A stretch of DNA of 63,350 nucleotides, counting the filler. It is 3 parts of 3 records of this genome, joined end to end, with 100 filler letters (N's around TTAATTAATTAA, not from the genome) between each part and the next. Parts side by side here need not be neighbours in the genome. Positions count along the whole stretch, not along the records: positions 1 to 29,484 come from DRR723986_1781; 2 more parts are not named here. One strand, written 5' to 3'. A model generated the notes under the pieces. That model worked only from the letters and a program-made list of their open reading frames with translations. It had not been told where the DNA came from and did not search any database. The stretch's first letter is position 1. Each line of letters starts with the position of its first letter. Shown here piece by piece: positions 1-12,833 of the stretch. The position numbers and the translations under genes were made by a program.

Positions 1-94
1 GTCATCCCCGCGCAGGCGGGGATCCAGTAAACGCAGGCACCTTTGGAGCAAAATGCCTCTGCCTCGGGCCTTTCGTCAAAAAAACCCGGATGAC
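1..94. repeat. RIME/CIR-like intergenic palindromic element
   Basis: Terminal inverted repeats GTCATCC (1-7) and GGATGAC (88-94); internal hairpin ATCCCCGC-GCAG-GCGGGGAT (4-23); lies just downstream of ligA. Confidence 0.6.
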
Positions 95-116
95 AAAACA
101 CGAAGGGAATACCCGC

Positions 117-2393
<2,277 letters not shown>

Positions 2394-2418
2394 TCAATGT
2401 TGGAATGAGGAGACACGA

Positions 2419-2652
2419 ATGGCTTATCAGGACCGTGAAACGCATTATGTCGAGAAGACGAACGGCAACAGCGCCGGCTGGTTCATGGCCGGAGCGCTTG
2501 TCGTCGCGCTGATCGCAGGCGGCCTGCTCTATGCCAATGGCTTTTTCACGAACGACGAAGAGCTGAGCATCGAGCTGAATGTCCCCAATCTGGGAGAAGG
2601 TGAACTGAAGCTGCCTGACATGAAGGAAGCACCGCTCGTCAAGGAGCCGTAA
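2419..2652 (+). CDS. small single-pass membrane protein of unknown function (77 aa)
   Basis: GAGGAG RBS at about 2407; one hydrophobic helix (WFMAGALVVALIAGGLLY); followed by its own terminator. Confidence 0.8.
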   Translation: MAYQDRETHYVEKTNGNSAGWFMAGALVVALIAGGLLYANGFFTNDEELSIELNVPNLGEGELKLPDMKEAPLVKEP

Positions 2653-2681
2653 GACCATTTCTCATTTGAAAACTGCACCAC

Positions 2682-2715
2682 AGGGCGGGAGCTTCGGCTA
2701 ACCCGCCCTTTTTTT
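2682..2715 (+). terminator. Rho-independent terminator
   Basis: AGGGCGGG-AGC-TTCG-GCT-AA-CCCGCCCT hairpin followed by a T-run. Confidence 0.8.
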
Positions 2716-2739
2716 GTCCACCGCGCCGGATCCTATTTC

Positions 2740-4407
2740 CTATTCCGCCGCCGTCAGTAGCCGGCGCGCTGCGGCGCGGGCTTCTTCCGTGATAACGCTG
2801 CCGGCAAGCATCCGGGCGATTTCCTCGCTGCGGTGGTCTTCATCAATACGCTGAACGCGTGTTGCCACCCGGTCCTTCCTGGTCGCTTCCTTGGCGATCA
2901 GGAAATGCCCTGCAGCGCGAGCTGCCACCTGCGGGGCGTGGGTAACCGTCAGAACCTGAACGCTGCCGGCAAGTCGTGCCAGACGCAGGCCGATGGCCTC
3001 TGCCACTGCACCGCCCACCCCTGTGTCGATCTCGTCAAAAACCAGCGTCGGGGCCGAGCCCTTGTCGGCGAGAGACACCTTCAGTGCCAAGAGGAAACGG
3101 GAAAGCTCACCACCGGACGCGACCTTCATCATCGGTCCCGGCTTCGTGCCTGGGTTCGTCTGGACATGGAACTCCAGCTGATCGATGCCCGAACGGCTGC
3201 GGCTTTCCGGATTGCTTTCCACTTCGACGATGAATTTTGCCCGCTCCAGCTTGAGGTCGGGCAACTCCATTTCAACAGCCTTTTCCAGTGCCTTGGCTGT
3301 CTTTCGCCGCTTGTCCGAGAGGCTGGCTGCCTTCTTGTCGTATTCGGCACGGGCCTTTCCAGCAGCACTCACCAGCGCCGCCAACTTGTCTTCACCCGCA
3401 TCGAGATCGGCCAGATCGCCGCTCATGCGAGCACACAGGGCGGACAGTTCGTCAACCGGCACCGAGAACTTGCGGGAGGCAGCACGAAGCGCAAACAGCC
3501 GCTCTTCGACAGCTTCCAGTTCGCGCGGATCATATTCGGTCTCACGCAGCGCGCTTTCCAGTCCGCCGCGCGTTTCTTCCAGAAGATCCATCGCCTCGGC
3601 AAGCGTGCGGACGGGCTGGCCAAGAAGATTGGGCACCTGGTCGGCCTTGCGTTCCAGACGTCGCAGCAGGCTGGCCAGTTCCGGGATTGGCGATGCAGTG
3701 CCGTTCAAGGTTTCAAAGGCTTCGTTCAGATCACCGGCGATCTTCTCGACCGCCATCATATCCGTCCGCCGGGTAGCCAGTTGGTCCTCTTCGCCGGTTT
3801 CCGGCTTGAGGGCCGACAGTTCATCGACGGCAGCTCGCAGGAAATCAGCTTCGTTGCGCGCGGCTTCTATGCGTTTCTCGTGATCGGTCACCGCCTTGTC
3901 GGCAGCGCGATAGGTGGCAAAGGCCTGTGTCACGGCCTCGGCTTCGGCCGTCAGCCCTCCGAAAACATCAATGAGGGCCCGGTGGCTTTCCGGGTCAACC
4001 AGGGCACGGTCATCGTGCTGTCCGTGGATTTCCACCAGCAGTGCGCCCGCCTGGCGCAGCAGTCCTGCACTGACGGGCTGATCGTTGACGAAGGCCCGGG
4101 TGCGGCCGTCGGAGGTCTGGATACGGCGCAGGATGATGTCGCCATCGTCATCGACATCGTTTTCGCGCAGGAACATGCGAACGGGATGATCCGCCGCCAC
4201 ATCAAAGACAGCCGTCACCTGCCCTTGTGCCTCGCCATGACGCACGAGATCAGCATCACCACGCGCGCCGAGTGCCAGCGACAAGGAGTCGAGAAGGATG
4301 GATTTGCCCGCGCCGGTTTCGCCGGTGAGAACCGACATGCCGGCGGCAAATTCGAGGTCAAGACGGTCGATCAGAACGATGTCACGGATAGACAGCGCGA
4401 CCAGCAT
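2740..4407 (-). CDS. recN: DNA repair protein RecN
   Basis: LTGETGAGKS Walker A, EIHGQHD Q-loop, ASGGE signature, FDEID Walker B, coiled coils. Confidence 0.97.
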   Translation of the reverse strand: MLVALSIRDIVLIDRLDLEFAAGMSVLTGETGAGKSILLDSLSLALGARGDADLVRHGEAQGQVTAVFDVAADHPVRMFLRENDVDDDGDIILRRIQTSDGRTRAFVNDQPVSAGLLRQAGALLVEIHGQHDDRALVDPESHRALIDVFGGLTAEAEAVTQAFATYRAADKAVTDHEKRIEAARNEADFLRAAVDELSALKPETGEEDQLATRRTDMMAVEKIAGDLNEAFETLNGTASPIPELASLLRRLERKADQVPNLLGQPVRTLAEAMDLLEETRGGLESALRETEYDPRELEAVEERLFALRAASRKFSVPVDELSALCARMSGDLADLDAGEDKLAALVSAAGKARAEYDKKAASLSDKRRKTAKALEKAVEMELPDLKLERAKFIVEVESNPESRSRSGIDQLEFHVQTNPGTKPGPMMKVASGGELSRFLLALKVSLADKGSAPTLVFDEIDTGVGGAVAEAIGLRLARLAGSVQVLTVTHAPQVAARAAGHFLIAKEATRKDRVATRVQRIDEDHRSEEIARMLAGSVITEEARAAARRLLTAAE

Positions 4408-4529
4408 GAAGGGATGCTCCTTAAAGTTCGGCCCACCATATAGGAGGACCGAAGCGTCTTGAAAGAGCCTGTTTGGGCCTTTTCAACCTCATTTGCGAGG
4501 CTGAAGCCATTTCGGGATTAAACCAGGCG

Positions 4530-5387
4530 TCAGATGCTCTTGAAGGCGCGGCTGATCCAGCTGCCGCTGTCTTCGGAAGGCTCGTACCCACCCTTGTTGA
4601 GCAGCGAATAGGCGTCCTTGTACCACTGGCTGTCCGGGTAGTTGTGCCCGAGCACGGCTGCGGCCGTTTGCGCTTCGTTGACGACACCGAGCGCGTAGTA
4701 GGCTTCGGTCAGGCGGAACAGGGCTTCTTCCACGTGCCGCGTGGTCTGGTAATCGACGACAACCGTCTTGAAGCGGTTGATCCCCGCGATGTAGTTGCGC
4801 TTCTTCAGGTAGAAGCGACCGACCTGCATTTCCTTGCCGCCAAGCTGGTCATGCACGATGCGTAGCTTGCTTTCGGCATCCGGCACATATTCCGATTCCG
4901 GGAAGCGCTGGATCAGCTCGTTGAACGCACCGGCTGCCTTCCGGGTCACGGCCTGGTCGCGGGTAATGTCCGGCATCTGGCGGAAATAGGCCTGACCGGC
5001 GAGGTACAGCATGTAGGCTGAATCCTCGTCCCCCGGATAGAGCGTCACGAACCGCTTCGCCGCAGTTACGGTTTCCGTGTACTTGCCGCGCGAGTAGTTC
5101 AGGAACGCCAGGTTCACGAGCGACTTCTTGGAGTATTCAGAATAGGGATAGAGCTTGTCGAGCTCTTCGAATTTCTGGGTCGAATCGCGCAGTTTGCCTT
5201 GCGCGCGCAGGGACAGGCCTTCGTTGAACAGAACTTCCGGCGGCGTATCGTTCAGTGCCAGCTCATCGAGATCGTCCTTGCCACCGCATGCGGCAAGCGC
5301 AAGCGGTACAGCCAGAACGGCCAATCTCAGGAAGGTTTTCATGTGTTTGGCTCTGTTCACTTCAGAACCAGTATCCATTCCGTTCAC
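4530..5387 (-). CDS. bamD: outer membrane protein assembly lipoprotein BamD
   Basis: Lipobox LAAC, TPR-like helices, conserved position between lpxC and recN. Alternative start at 5342. Confidence 0.92.
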   Translation of the reverse strand: MNGMDTGSEVNRAKHMKTFLRLAVLAVPLALAACGGKDDLDELALNDTPPEVLFNEGLSLRAQGKLRDSTQKFEELDKLYPYSEYSKKSLVNLAFLNYSRGKYTETVTAAKRFVTLYPGDEDSAYMLYLAGQAYFRQMPDITRDQAVTRKAAGAFNELIQRFPESEYVPDAESKLRIVHDQLGGKEMQVGRFYLKKRNYIAGINRFKTVVVDYQTTRHVEEALFRLTEAYYALGVVNEAQTAAAVLGHNYPDSQWYKDAYSLLNKGGYEPSEDSGSWISRAFKSI

Positions 5388-5562
5388 GCCTATACTCCCG
5401 GACCTTTCCGGCCCCTAAGGCCCATGTCATGCGGCCTTGCAAATTTATCGACAGGAGTGTTTAGCGGAAATCACCGGTCCCCGTCACGTCCTCATCGGCC
5501 ATCTGACGGTTTTTTTGAGCAATTTTATGGCAACCGGTCCAAATAGGTTCCGAATTCCGCCG

Positions 5563-5594
5563 AAAAGAAAACGGCCGCTTCATCAAAGCGGCCG
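5563..5594 (-). terminator. terminator downstream of lpxC
   Basis: CGGCCGCTT/AAGCGGCCG stem followed by TTTTCTTTT on the minus strand. Confidence 0.7.
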
Positions 5595-5606
5595 ATCAAA
5601 ATTATA

Positions 5607-6551
5607 TCAGGAGACGTCAGGCCCGAAAGCAGCAGCTGCTGCGATACCGCCCTTGTCGACCTGGCCGACCTTGCGGAATGCGGGCGACTCGACGATTTCG
5701 AACGCGCTCGGATCTTCAAACAGCTTGACCAGGATCGCGTGGTTCATCTTGTGCCCGCCCTTGTAGGAGCGGTAGAGACCCAGGATCGGCAGACCGGCAA
5801 GAGCCAGGTCGCCAACCGCGTCCAGCGCCTTGTGACGTGCAAACTCGTCCGGCCAGCGGGTGCCTTCCGGATTGAGAACCTTGTCCTCGGCAATCGCCAC
5901 GGAATTTTCCAGCGACGATCCCAGGGCAAAGCCCATCTTCCAAAGCTGCTCGACATCCTTCACGTAGCCGAAGGTGCGCGCACGGGAAAGCTCGTCACGG
6001 AACACGTCCGGGGTGATGTCGGAAGAGAACTGCTGGCGACCGATCAGCGGCGTGTCGAAGTCGATGGTGATATCGAACTTGGTGCCGTTGTAGGGGTGCA
6101 GCTCGCACCATGCTGTGCCGTTGTCGACACGAACGGTCTTCTTCACCTTCAGGTACCGGCGTCCCCGGTCCAGGCGTTTCAGGCCGATCTGCTCGATTGC
6201 TTCGACAAACGCAACGCTGCTGCCGTCCATCACCGGCATTTCCGGACCGTCGATTTCCACGATCAGGTTGTCGACACCCATGCCGAAAAGAGCAGCCATG
6301 AGATGTTCAACGGTCGCGACGCCTTCACTGGAAGGATCGCCGAGAACGGTGCAAAGTGCTGTTGCGGATACCTTGTTCCAGAGTGCCGGAACTTCGGTGG
6401 AGTTTTCCTGGTCGGTGCGGGTGAACACAATCCCCACACCAGCTTCGGCCGGTACGAGAGTGATCGACGCGGGTTTGCCCGAATGAACGCCAATCCCGGT
6501 CAGGGTCACCTGATCGGCTAGCGTCGTCTGTCGGTCAACATATGCGGTCAT
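5607..6551 (-). CDS. lpxC: UDP-3-O-acyl-N-acetylglucosamine deacetylase
   Basis: GIGVHSG, TVEHL, ARTFG, HKALDAVGD and GGHKMN motifs. Confidence 0.97.
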   Translation of the reverse strand: MTAYVDRQTTLADQVTLTGIGVHSGKPASITLVPAEAGVGIVFTRTDQENSTEVPALWNKVSATALCTVLGDPSSEGVATVEHLMAALFGMGVDNLIVEIDGPEMPVMDGSSVAFVEAIEQIGLKRLDRGRRYLKVKKTVRVDNGTAWCELHPYNGTKFDITIDFDTPLIGRQQFSSDITPDVFRDELSRARTFGYVKDVEQLWKMGFALGSSLENSVAIAEDKVLNPEGTRWPDEFARHKALDAVGDLALAGLPILGLYRSYKGGHKMNHAILVKLFEDPSAFEIVESPAFRKVGQVDKGGIAAAAAFGPDVS

Positions 6552-6748
6552 AAAACCCTGCCCTTCCGGTTTGCGGCGGAAACAAGCCCTCTATTTGCCC
6601 TTAAAGGGTTACGGACTTTTAACGATCCCGCGTTGGCTGGGAACATAGTCCCGAACCCCAATTGGGCGAAATAAAGCTTTATTACGATTTGTAACGATTC
6701 ACAGGCTTTCAAATCACTGAATTAAAACGGGAATTTGTTCCGTTACGG

Positions 6749-6778
6749 AAACAGCCCGGAGCGTGAACTCCGGGCTGT
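6749..6778 (-). terminator. hairpin downstream of ftsZ
   Basis: Perfect 11-bp stem ACAGCCCGGAG/CTCCGGGCTGT; the U-tract is short. Confidence 0.55.
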
Positions 6779-6808
6779 AACGATCAGGGAAGATGATCGG
6801 GTCTCGAA

Positions 6809-8587
6809 TCAGTTGGCCTGGCGGCGAAGAAACGCCGGAATTTCCAACTGTTCGTCTTCTGTTGCAGTTACCGGCTTCGGCGTTGCCCGCCCGGTGTTGT
6901 CCAGCTGGCCTGCAGCGCCATGGGCTGCGGGACGTTGCTGGGGCGCACGCGGGGCGGCCTGCTGGGCCGGCTGCATCTGCGGAGCAGGACGGGCAACCGG
7001 TGCGGCAGCCATGTCATGTTCCTGATCTTCTTCGTGATGACGGCCAAGGCCGCTTGCAAGGCGACGCAGCAGCCCCATCGGGCGGCGGTCGTCTTCGACG
7101 TGCTCTTCATAGCTCTGTGCCGGAGCAGGCTGCTGAGGACGCTGCTGGGCAACGGCCTGCTGAGGCTGGGCTACATTTGCAGTCTGCTGCTTTGCCTGGA
7201 TTTCACGCTGAGCGATCGGCGGGAAATCCTCCACCCGCGGCATGCGCGGTGCAGGGTTATGCTCGGCGGCAACCGGCGGAATGTAAGGCTGGCTGACCGG
7301 CATGTCTTCTGCAACAGGTGCCCGGGCTTCGTCTTCGATGTCGAGCATCTGCGGCTTGGCTGCAAGCGAACCTGCTGCCGGCTGCACCTTCTTGATCTCG
7401 ACAGCCGGATCGCTTGCAACGGCGACCGGCTGCGGATCCGGAATGGCAAGTTCCCGTTCCAGATTGGCAACGGCCTTGGCAGCGGCATTTTCGGCGTGAG
7501 CCTTTTCAGCCAGAGCGGCCGGGCGCTGAGTGTTGATTTCCGGCGTCCGGCTTGCTGCCGGAGCTTCCGCCTTTACAGGCTGAGATGCTGTTCCGGGAAA
7601 CGTGTTGGCCGCAAGGCCTTCCTCCCTGTCAATGCCGGTTGCAACGACGGACACGCGGATGAGACCATCCAGCGTCTCGTCGAAGGTCGCGCCCAGAATG
7701 ATGTTGGCGTCGGCGTCAACTTCCTCGCGGATGCGGGTAGCCGCTTCATCCACTTCGAACAGCGTCAGGTCGTTGCCGCCCGTAATGGAGATGAGCAGGC
7801 CTCTTGCGCCCTTCATCGAGGATTCGTCGAGCAGCGGGTTGGCAATGGCAGCTTCCGCTGCCTGCTGTGCACGCTTTTCACCGCTGGCTTCGCCGGTGCC
7901 CATCATGGCCTTGCCCATGCCGCGCATCACGGAGCGAACGTCGGCGAAGTCGAGGTTGATGAGACCTTCCTTCACCATCAGGTCGGTGATGCAGGCAACG
8001 CCCGAGTAAAGCACCTGGTCGGCCATCGCGAATGCGTCGGCGAAGGTGGTCTGGGCATTTGCAATCCGGAACAGGTTCTGGTTCGGAATGACGATCAGTG
8101 TGTCGACACTCCGCTGCAGTTCCTCGATACCGGAATCGGCGATCCGCATACGGCGAGCGCCTTCGAACTGGAACGGTTTGGTCACCACACCTACCGTCAG
8201 TATACCCTGCTCGCGTGCCGCCCGTGCGATAACGGGTGCGGCACCGGTGCCGGTACCACCGCCCATGCCGGCGGTGATGAACACCATGTGCGATCCGGAC
8301 AGGTGATCGTTGATTTCGTCGATCACTTCCTCGGCAGCTGCGCAGCCGACTTCCGGCTGGGAGCCTGCGCCAAGACCTTCAGTCACGGCCACGCCCATCT
8401 GGACGAGCCTGTCTGAATGGTTCATGGCCAGTGCCTGGGCATCCGTGTTGGCAACGACGAAGTCGCAGCCCTGGAGACCTGCAGTGATCATGTTATTGAC
8501 GGCGTTTCCGCCCGCGCCGCCGACGCCGAAGACCGTAATGCGTGGCTTCAGCTCCTGAATGTCGGGCATCTTCAGGTTGATGGTCAT
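6809..8587 (-). CDS. ftsZ: cell division protein FtsZ with long C-terminal linker
   Basis: GGGTGTG tubulin motif, NLDFAD, C-terminal [12 protein letters not shown]. Start at MTINLK has a GAGGA RBS; the frame stays open upstream to 8698. Confidence 0.98.
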   Translation of the reverse strand: MTINLKMPDIQELKPRITVFGVGGAGGNAVNNMITAGLQGCDFVVANTDAQALAMNHSDRLVQMGVAVTEGLGAGSQPEVGCAAAEEVIDEINDHLSGSHMVFITAGMGGGTGTGAAPVIARAAREQGILTVGVVTKPFQFEGARRMRIADSGIEELQRSVDTLIVIPNQNLFRIANAQTTFADAFAMADQVLYSGVACITDLMVKEGLINLDFADVRSVMRGMGKAMMGTGEASGEKRAQQAAEAAIANPLLDESSMKGARGLLISITGGNDLTLFEVDEAATRIREEVDADANIILGATFDETLDGLIRVSVVATGIDREEGLAANTFPGTASQPVKAEAPAASRTPEINTQRPAALAEKAHAENAAAKAVANLERELAIPDPQPVAVASDPAVEIKKVQPAAGSLAAKPQMLDIEDEARAPVAEDMPVSQPYIPPVAAEHNPAPRMPRVEDFPPIAQREIQAKQQTANVAQPQQAVAQQRPQQPAPAQSYEEHVEDDRRPMGLLRRLASGLGRHHEEDQEHDMAAAPVARPAPQMQPAQQAAPRAPQQRPAAHGAAGQLDNTGRATPKPVTATEDEQLEIPAFLRRQAN

Positions 8588-8702
8588 ATTATCCTCGCGA
8601 CCCACTGGCGCCCCCGGTACGGGAGTAGCCTCTTCTTCCCTAATCTCCTCTGCCATTTCTGGCAGCTCAACTTCCTGGATGTCGTCTTCTTGGCTCATGT
8701 CG

Positions 8703-10025
8703 TCAGAAGCTTTCCCTGATCCATTGGCCCACGCGGGCCAGGTAACCAGATTGCCCGCCCCACCCTGATCTCCGGTTCTTGTGTTCGAACTGTTCGATCT
8801 GAGCGACCTGCGGATAAATCAAGAGACCGACAGCGGCGGCAAAAGCCGGACCTTTGGCAGCCTCGGGAAGACCGGCGACGCCTAGAGGCCGGCCAAGACG
8901 GACGTTGCGCCCCAGGATGTGACGCGCAACTTCTCCAAGACCCGTGAGCTGACTTGCGCCCCCGGTCAGAACGATCTGCTTACCGACACGCCCGGCAAAG
9001 CCGGACGCCGTAAGCCGATCCCTCACGAGTTCAAGGATTTCTTCCACGCGCGGCCGGATAACCCGGGTCAACGCCGAGCGTGGGATCTGGTTCGGCAGGT
9101 CGCTGTCGCTTTCCAGCGGCGGTACCGTGAGCATGTCACTATCGTCCGAGCTGGACGCCAGCGGCGAGCCGTAAAGGGTTTTCAGGCGCTCCGCATCCTG
9201 CAGACGGGTTGCGAAAGCGCGGGCGATATCGGTAGTGACGTGATTGCCGCCAACGGCAATCGCATCCAGGTGCACCATGTGGCCATCGACGAAGACCGAC
9301 AAAGTCGTCGTGCCGCCGCCCATGTCGATGCAGGCGACGCCAAGCTCGGCTTCGTCATCGACGATGGTGGACAGGCCACTGGCAAACGGCGTCGCCACCA
9401 TGGTTTCCACATGAAGGTGACCGCGGTTGATGCACAGTTCCAGATTGCGCACAGGCGGAACTTCCGCCGTCACGACCTGCATGTCGACGCCCAGCTTGTG
9501 GCCCATCATGCCACGCGGATCGCGGATGCCGCGGCTGCCGTCCAGCGAATAGGAGATCGGCAAGGCGTGTGTGACGGCCCGGCCGTCGGTTACTGAATGG
9601 CTGGAGCCGGCGGAAAGCACCCGCTGGATATCGGCTTCAGACACGCTGTCGCCTGCCAGCGGAACGTTGGCGCTGTAGATCTCGCTCTGCAGGCGTCCGC
9701 AACTGATGTTTGCGATCAGCGACTCGACCGTCACGCCGGCCATGCGCTCGGCACTGTCGACGGCCAGACGGATGGCCTGTTCGGCAGCATCCATGTCGAC
9801 AACGACGCCGGACTTGATCCCGCGCGAGCGCTGATAACCGTACCCCAGCACTTCCACCTTGTGGGAGCGGCTGGAAAGAATTGCCTTTTCTTCCTGCGGC
9901 ACCAGTTTGGCGATCAGGCAGCAGACCTTCGTGGAGCCCACGTCCAGAACCGACATGATGACGGCACGACGGCTCGGCAGCGGCCGCATCTTCGGCAGGT
10001 AGAGGTTGTTGTCGGAGCGGCTCAT
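8703..10025 (-). CDS. ftsA: cell division protein FtsA
   Basis: [22 protein letters not shown] actin-like motifs; amphipathic C-terminus. Confidence 0.97.
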   Translation of the reverse strand: MSRSDNNLYLPKMRPLPSRRAVIMSVLDVGSTKVCCLIAKLVPQEEKAILSSRSHKVEVLGYGYQRSRGIKSGVVVDMDAAEQAIRLAVDSAERMAGVTVESLIANISCGRLQSEIYSANVPLAGDSVSEADIQRVLSAGSSHSVTDGRAVTHALPISYSLDGSRGIRDPRGMMGHKLGVDMQVVTAEVPPVRNLELCINRGHLHVETMVATPFASGLSTIVDDEAELGVACIDMGGGTTTLSVFVDGHMVHLDAIAVGGNHVTTDIARAFATRLQDAERLKTLYGSPLASSSDDSDMLTVPPLESDSDLPNQIPRSALTRVIRPRVEEILELVRDRLTASGFAGRVGKQIVLTGGASQLTGLGEVARHILGRNVRLGRPLGVAGLPEAAKGPAFAAAVGLLIYPQVAQIEQFEHKNRRSGWGGQSGYLARVGQWIRESF

Positions 10026-10936
10026 GTGTCACGCTCCTTTTTGCCTGAGCGGCCCTTGCCGCCCGTCATGACCTTGCGCTGTTCGGCAGCCTCGTCGGAG
10101 AGGCGCACGGTCACGCGGTCTGCCAGACGCATGTCGATGGCAACGATATCCCGGGACAGAAGCCCGCTTTCTTCATCCATTTTCACCAGATCTGCCAGGG
10201 CGGCGTCGATGTTGTCTTGGGGCAAGCGGATCGAAATCCCGTTCTCAAGCTGCAGGTCCCAGCGGCGATCGCTGATCAGGAACGCCGCGCGCACGCGCGG
10301 ACGCAGGCCCGGGACCTTCTCCAGCGCGGTGTTGATCTCGGATGCCCGGCGCTGAGCGCCGTGGTTCACGACAAGCAGCAGATTGGCATAACGCCCATCC
10401 ACCTCGTCGGTGATCACGTCACCTGATTCGTTTACGATCGAGACCATGTCGCCGCGCTGCCACAGCGCATAGGGCACCCGTTCCTCGATGTTGATCTGCA
10501 GCGTGCTCGGATAGAGCTTCATCACCGAAGCGCTCTTCACCCAGGCCATCTCGTTAAGACGCTCGCGAGCGCTATTGGCGTCGAACAGGGCGAGCGAGGA
10601 ACCTTCGTGAATTTCCAGCGCTTCCAGGATCTGGAACTCGTTGATTTCACGCTGACCGGACAGCTTGACGGCCTCGATGCCGAAACCAGCTGCGGACAGG
10701 AGACTGTCGGCAACAAGCCGGCCGTGCCCCCCTATGACTATTCCATAACCAATTGTTAAGGTTAAGAAAGTCAGCGCAGCAGCAGATCCTGACCAGCGTG
10801 GCAGATCTGCCAGGCGCCCGGCCGAACGCCACACCGGCTGGCGGTGCAAACGCGGCACACCGCGCCCACGCGGAGCCAGTTCAGCCTCCAGCGGGGTCAT
10901 AGCGTCCCGGTAATGTTTGCGCCTTATCGACAGCAA
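10022..10936 (-). CDS. ftsQ: cell division protein FtsQ
   Basis: TM helix, POTRA-like region, C-terminal IDMR; position between ddl and ftsA. Exact start uncertain. Confidence 0.92.
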   Translation of the reverse strand: MLSIRRKHYRDAMTPLEAELAPRGRGVPRLHRQPVWRSAGRLADLPRWSGSAAALTFLTLTIGYGIVIGGHGRLVADSLLSAAGFGIEAVKLSGQREINEFQILEALEIHEGSSLALFDANSARERLNEMAWVKSASVMKLYPSTLQINIEERVPYALWQRGDMVSIVNESGDVITDEVDGRYANLLLVVNHGAQRRASEINTALEKVPGLRPRVRAAFLISDRRWDLQLENGISIRLPQDNIDAALADLVKMDEESGLLSRDIVAIDMRLADRVTVRLSDEAAEQRKVMTGGKGRSGKKERDT

Positions 10937-11850
10937 CTCGCGTCCTCAACCATCCAGCTGACCAGGTCCTTGAAACTCATCCCCTTGTGGGCCGCCATTT
11001 CGGGCACAAGAGAAGTCGGCGTCATGCCTGGCTGCGTGTTCACTTCTAGGCAAATCAGCTCTCCGGATCCGTCTTCCTTTTCATCGAATCGGAAGTCGGC
11101 GCGGGAAACACCGCGGCAACCCAGAGCCTGATGCGCCTTAACTGCTAGTGTCTCTATGGTTTGGTAAACAATCGGTGAAATTTTTGCAGGAAGAATGTGT
11201 TTTGAACCGCCTTGTGCATATTTTGCGTCGTAATCGTAGAAGCCGTGACCCAACGGCACTATGTCGATGACGCCCAGAGCCGTATCATCCATGACGGCAC
11301 AGGTCAGCTCCCGCCCGCTGATGAACTTTTCGCACATCAGAACGTCAGGGTAAGGCCAGTCCTCCCGACCCAGTTCCTGTGGCGGAAACTCTTGATCTTC
11401 CTTGACAATCAGCACCCCGAAGCTCGATCCCTCGTTGATGGGTTTCAGCACATATGGCGGCTTCATCGGATGCTCGCGGGTGATCTCCCGGCGGTTGACA
11501 ACAAGGTGTTCCGTGACCGGAATTCCGGCTGCATTCATCACCGCTTTTGCCTTCACCTTGTTCATTGCAAGGCTCGAGGCGAGCACACCGGAATGTGTGT
11601 ACGGGATGTTAAGAACTTCTAATATTCCCTGAACGCAGCCATCCTCGCCGAAGGGACCGTGAAGAGCGTTAAAGACCACATCGGGCTTCAAATCTTTGAG
11701 AACAGCGGAAATATTGCGGTCAACGTCGACCCTGGTGACCCGGTAGCCGGCTTCTTCCAGCGCATCGGCGCAGCCCTTGCCGCTGGCGAGGCTTACAGGA
11801 CGCTCGTTAACCCAGCCCCCCATCAGAACAGCGACATGTTTGCTTGCCAT
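10924..11850 (-). CDS. ddl: D-alanine--D-alanine ligase
   Basis: ALHGPFGEDG, EGSS, YDYDAKY and LEVNTQPGMT motifs. Confidence 0.97.
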   Translation of the reverse strand: MASKHVAVLMGGWVNERPVSLASGKGCADALEEAGYRVTRVDVDRNISAVLKDLKPDVVFNALHGPFGEDGCVQGILEVLNIPYTHSGVLASSLAMNKVKAKAVMNAAGIPVTEHLVVNRREITREHPMKPPYVLKPINEGSSFGVLIVKEDQEFPPQELGREDWPYPDVLMCEKFISGRELTCAVMDDTALGVIDIVPLGHGFYDYDAKYAQGGSKHILPAKISPIVYQTIETLAVKAHQALGCRGVSRADFRFDEKEDGSGELICLEVNTQPGMTPTSLVPEMAAHKGMSFKDLVSWMVEDASCCR

Positions 11851-12821
11851 CAGGCAGCCTCCCCTTCCTTGCCCAGAAATGGCTCAATAGCCCCCTGTGA
11901 ACCGAATTCACCCAGGCGCTTGATCTCCCACTCCAGGCGGATGCCGCTGTGCGCCAGCACGCGCGCGCGCACGGTTTCCCCCAGCAGTTCGAGATCATGT
12001 CCGGTGGCCGTTCCGGTATTGATCATGAAGTTGCAATGCATTTCGGACATTTGCGCTCCACCGACGGTCAGGCCACGGCAGCCTGCCGCGTCGACCTCTT
12101 TCCATGCCGACGTTCCGGGCGGGTTCTTGAAGGTGGATCCGCCGGTCTTTTCACGGATCGGCTGCGCCCGTTCGCGGTGAGCGACAACGTCGGCCATTTC
12201 CTGTCGGATCGAGGCTTCGTCCTGCGGCACGCCTTCAAAGACGGCGGAGGTAAAGATCAGGTCTTTCGAAGCCTCCGAGTGGCGATAGGCATAGCCCATG
12301 TCCTCATTCGTCAGAACGTGGCGGTTGCCGTCCCGGTCGACAGCGGTCAGCTCCACCATGCGCTCGCGGGTTTCCGTACCGTGAGCGCCCGCATTCATGC
12401 GCAGCGCACCGCCCAGACCGCCAGGAATACCTGTGTAAAACGCAAAACCGCCGAGACCGGCCTTGGCCGCAGCTTCCGCCAGACGCTTGTCCGGCACGGC
12501 CGCCCCTGCCCTCAACCTGTTACCGCCGACTTCCTCGATGGAACCGAAGCCCTTTGCACTCAGGCGAATGACAACGCCCTTCAGGCCGCCGTCACGGATC
12601 AGCAGGTTGGAACCCAGCCCTACCGGCAGCACCGGAACATCTTTCGGAAGCTTTTTCAGGAAGGCAGCAAGGTCGTCTTCATCCGCCGGCTGGAACATCA
12701 ACTGCGCGGGACCACCAGTGCGGAACCACGTGACCGCAGACAGTGGCTGGTTGGCCGTCAGCTTGCCGCCGATACCTTCGGCAAGCTCCGGATACTGCGC
12801 CAGCAGATCGGGAAACGCCAT
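11850..12821 (-). CDS. murB: UDP-N-acetylenolpyruvoylglucosamine reductase
   Basis: [30 protein letters not shown] and HCNF motifs. Confidence 0.96.
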   Translation of the reverse strand: MAFPDLLAQYPELAEGIGGKLTANQPLSAVTWFRTGGPAQLMFQPADEDDLAAFLKKLPKDVPVLPVGLGSNLLIRDGGLKGVVIRLSAKGFGSIEEVGGNRLRAGAAVPDKRLAEAAAKAGLGGFAFYTGIPGGLGGALRMNAGAHGTETRERMVELTAVDRDGNRHVLTNEDMGYAYRHSEASKDLIFTSAVFEGVPQDEASIRQEMADVVAHRERAQPIREKTGGSTFKNPPGTSAWKEVDAAGCRGLTVGGAQMSEMHCNFMINTGTATGHDLELLGETVRARVLAHSGIRLEWEIKRLGEFGSQGAIEPFLGKEGEAA

Positions 12822-12833
12822 GTGACGTCCTCC

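Noticed and set aside
6595-6730. CtrA box upstream of lpxC
   Set aside because: The region is AT-rich, but the best candidate (TTAC-N6-TTAAC) has the wrong spacing.
6850-7620. Long Q/P/A-rich region of FtsZ as a novel domain
   Set aside because: Long disordered C-terminal linkers are normal for alphaproteobacterial FtsZ.
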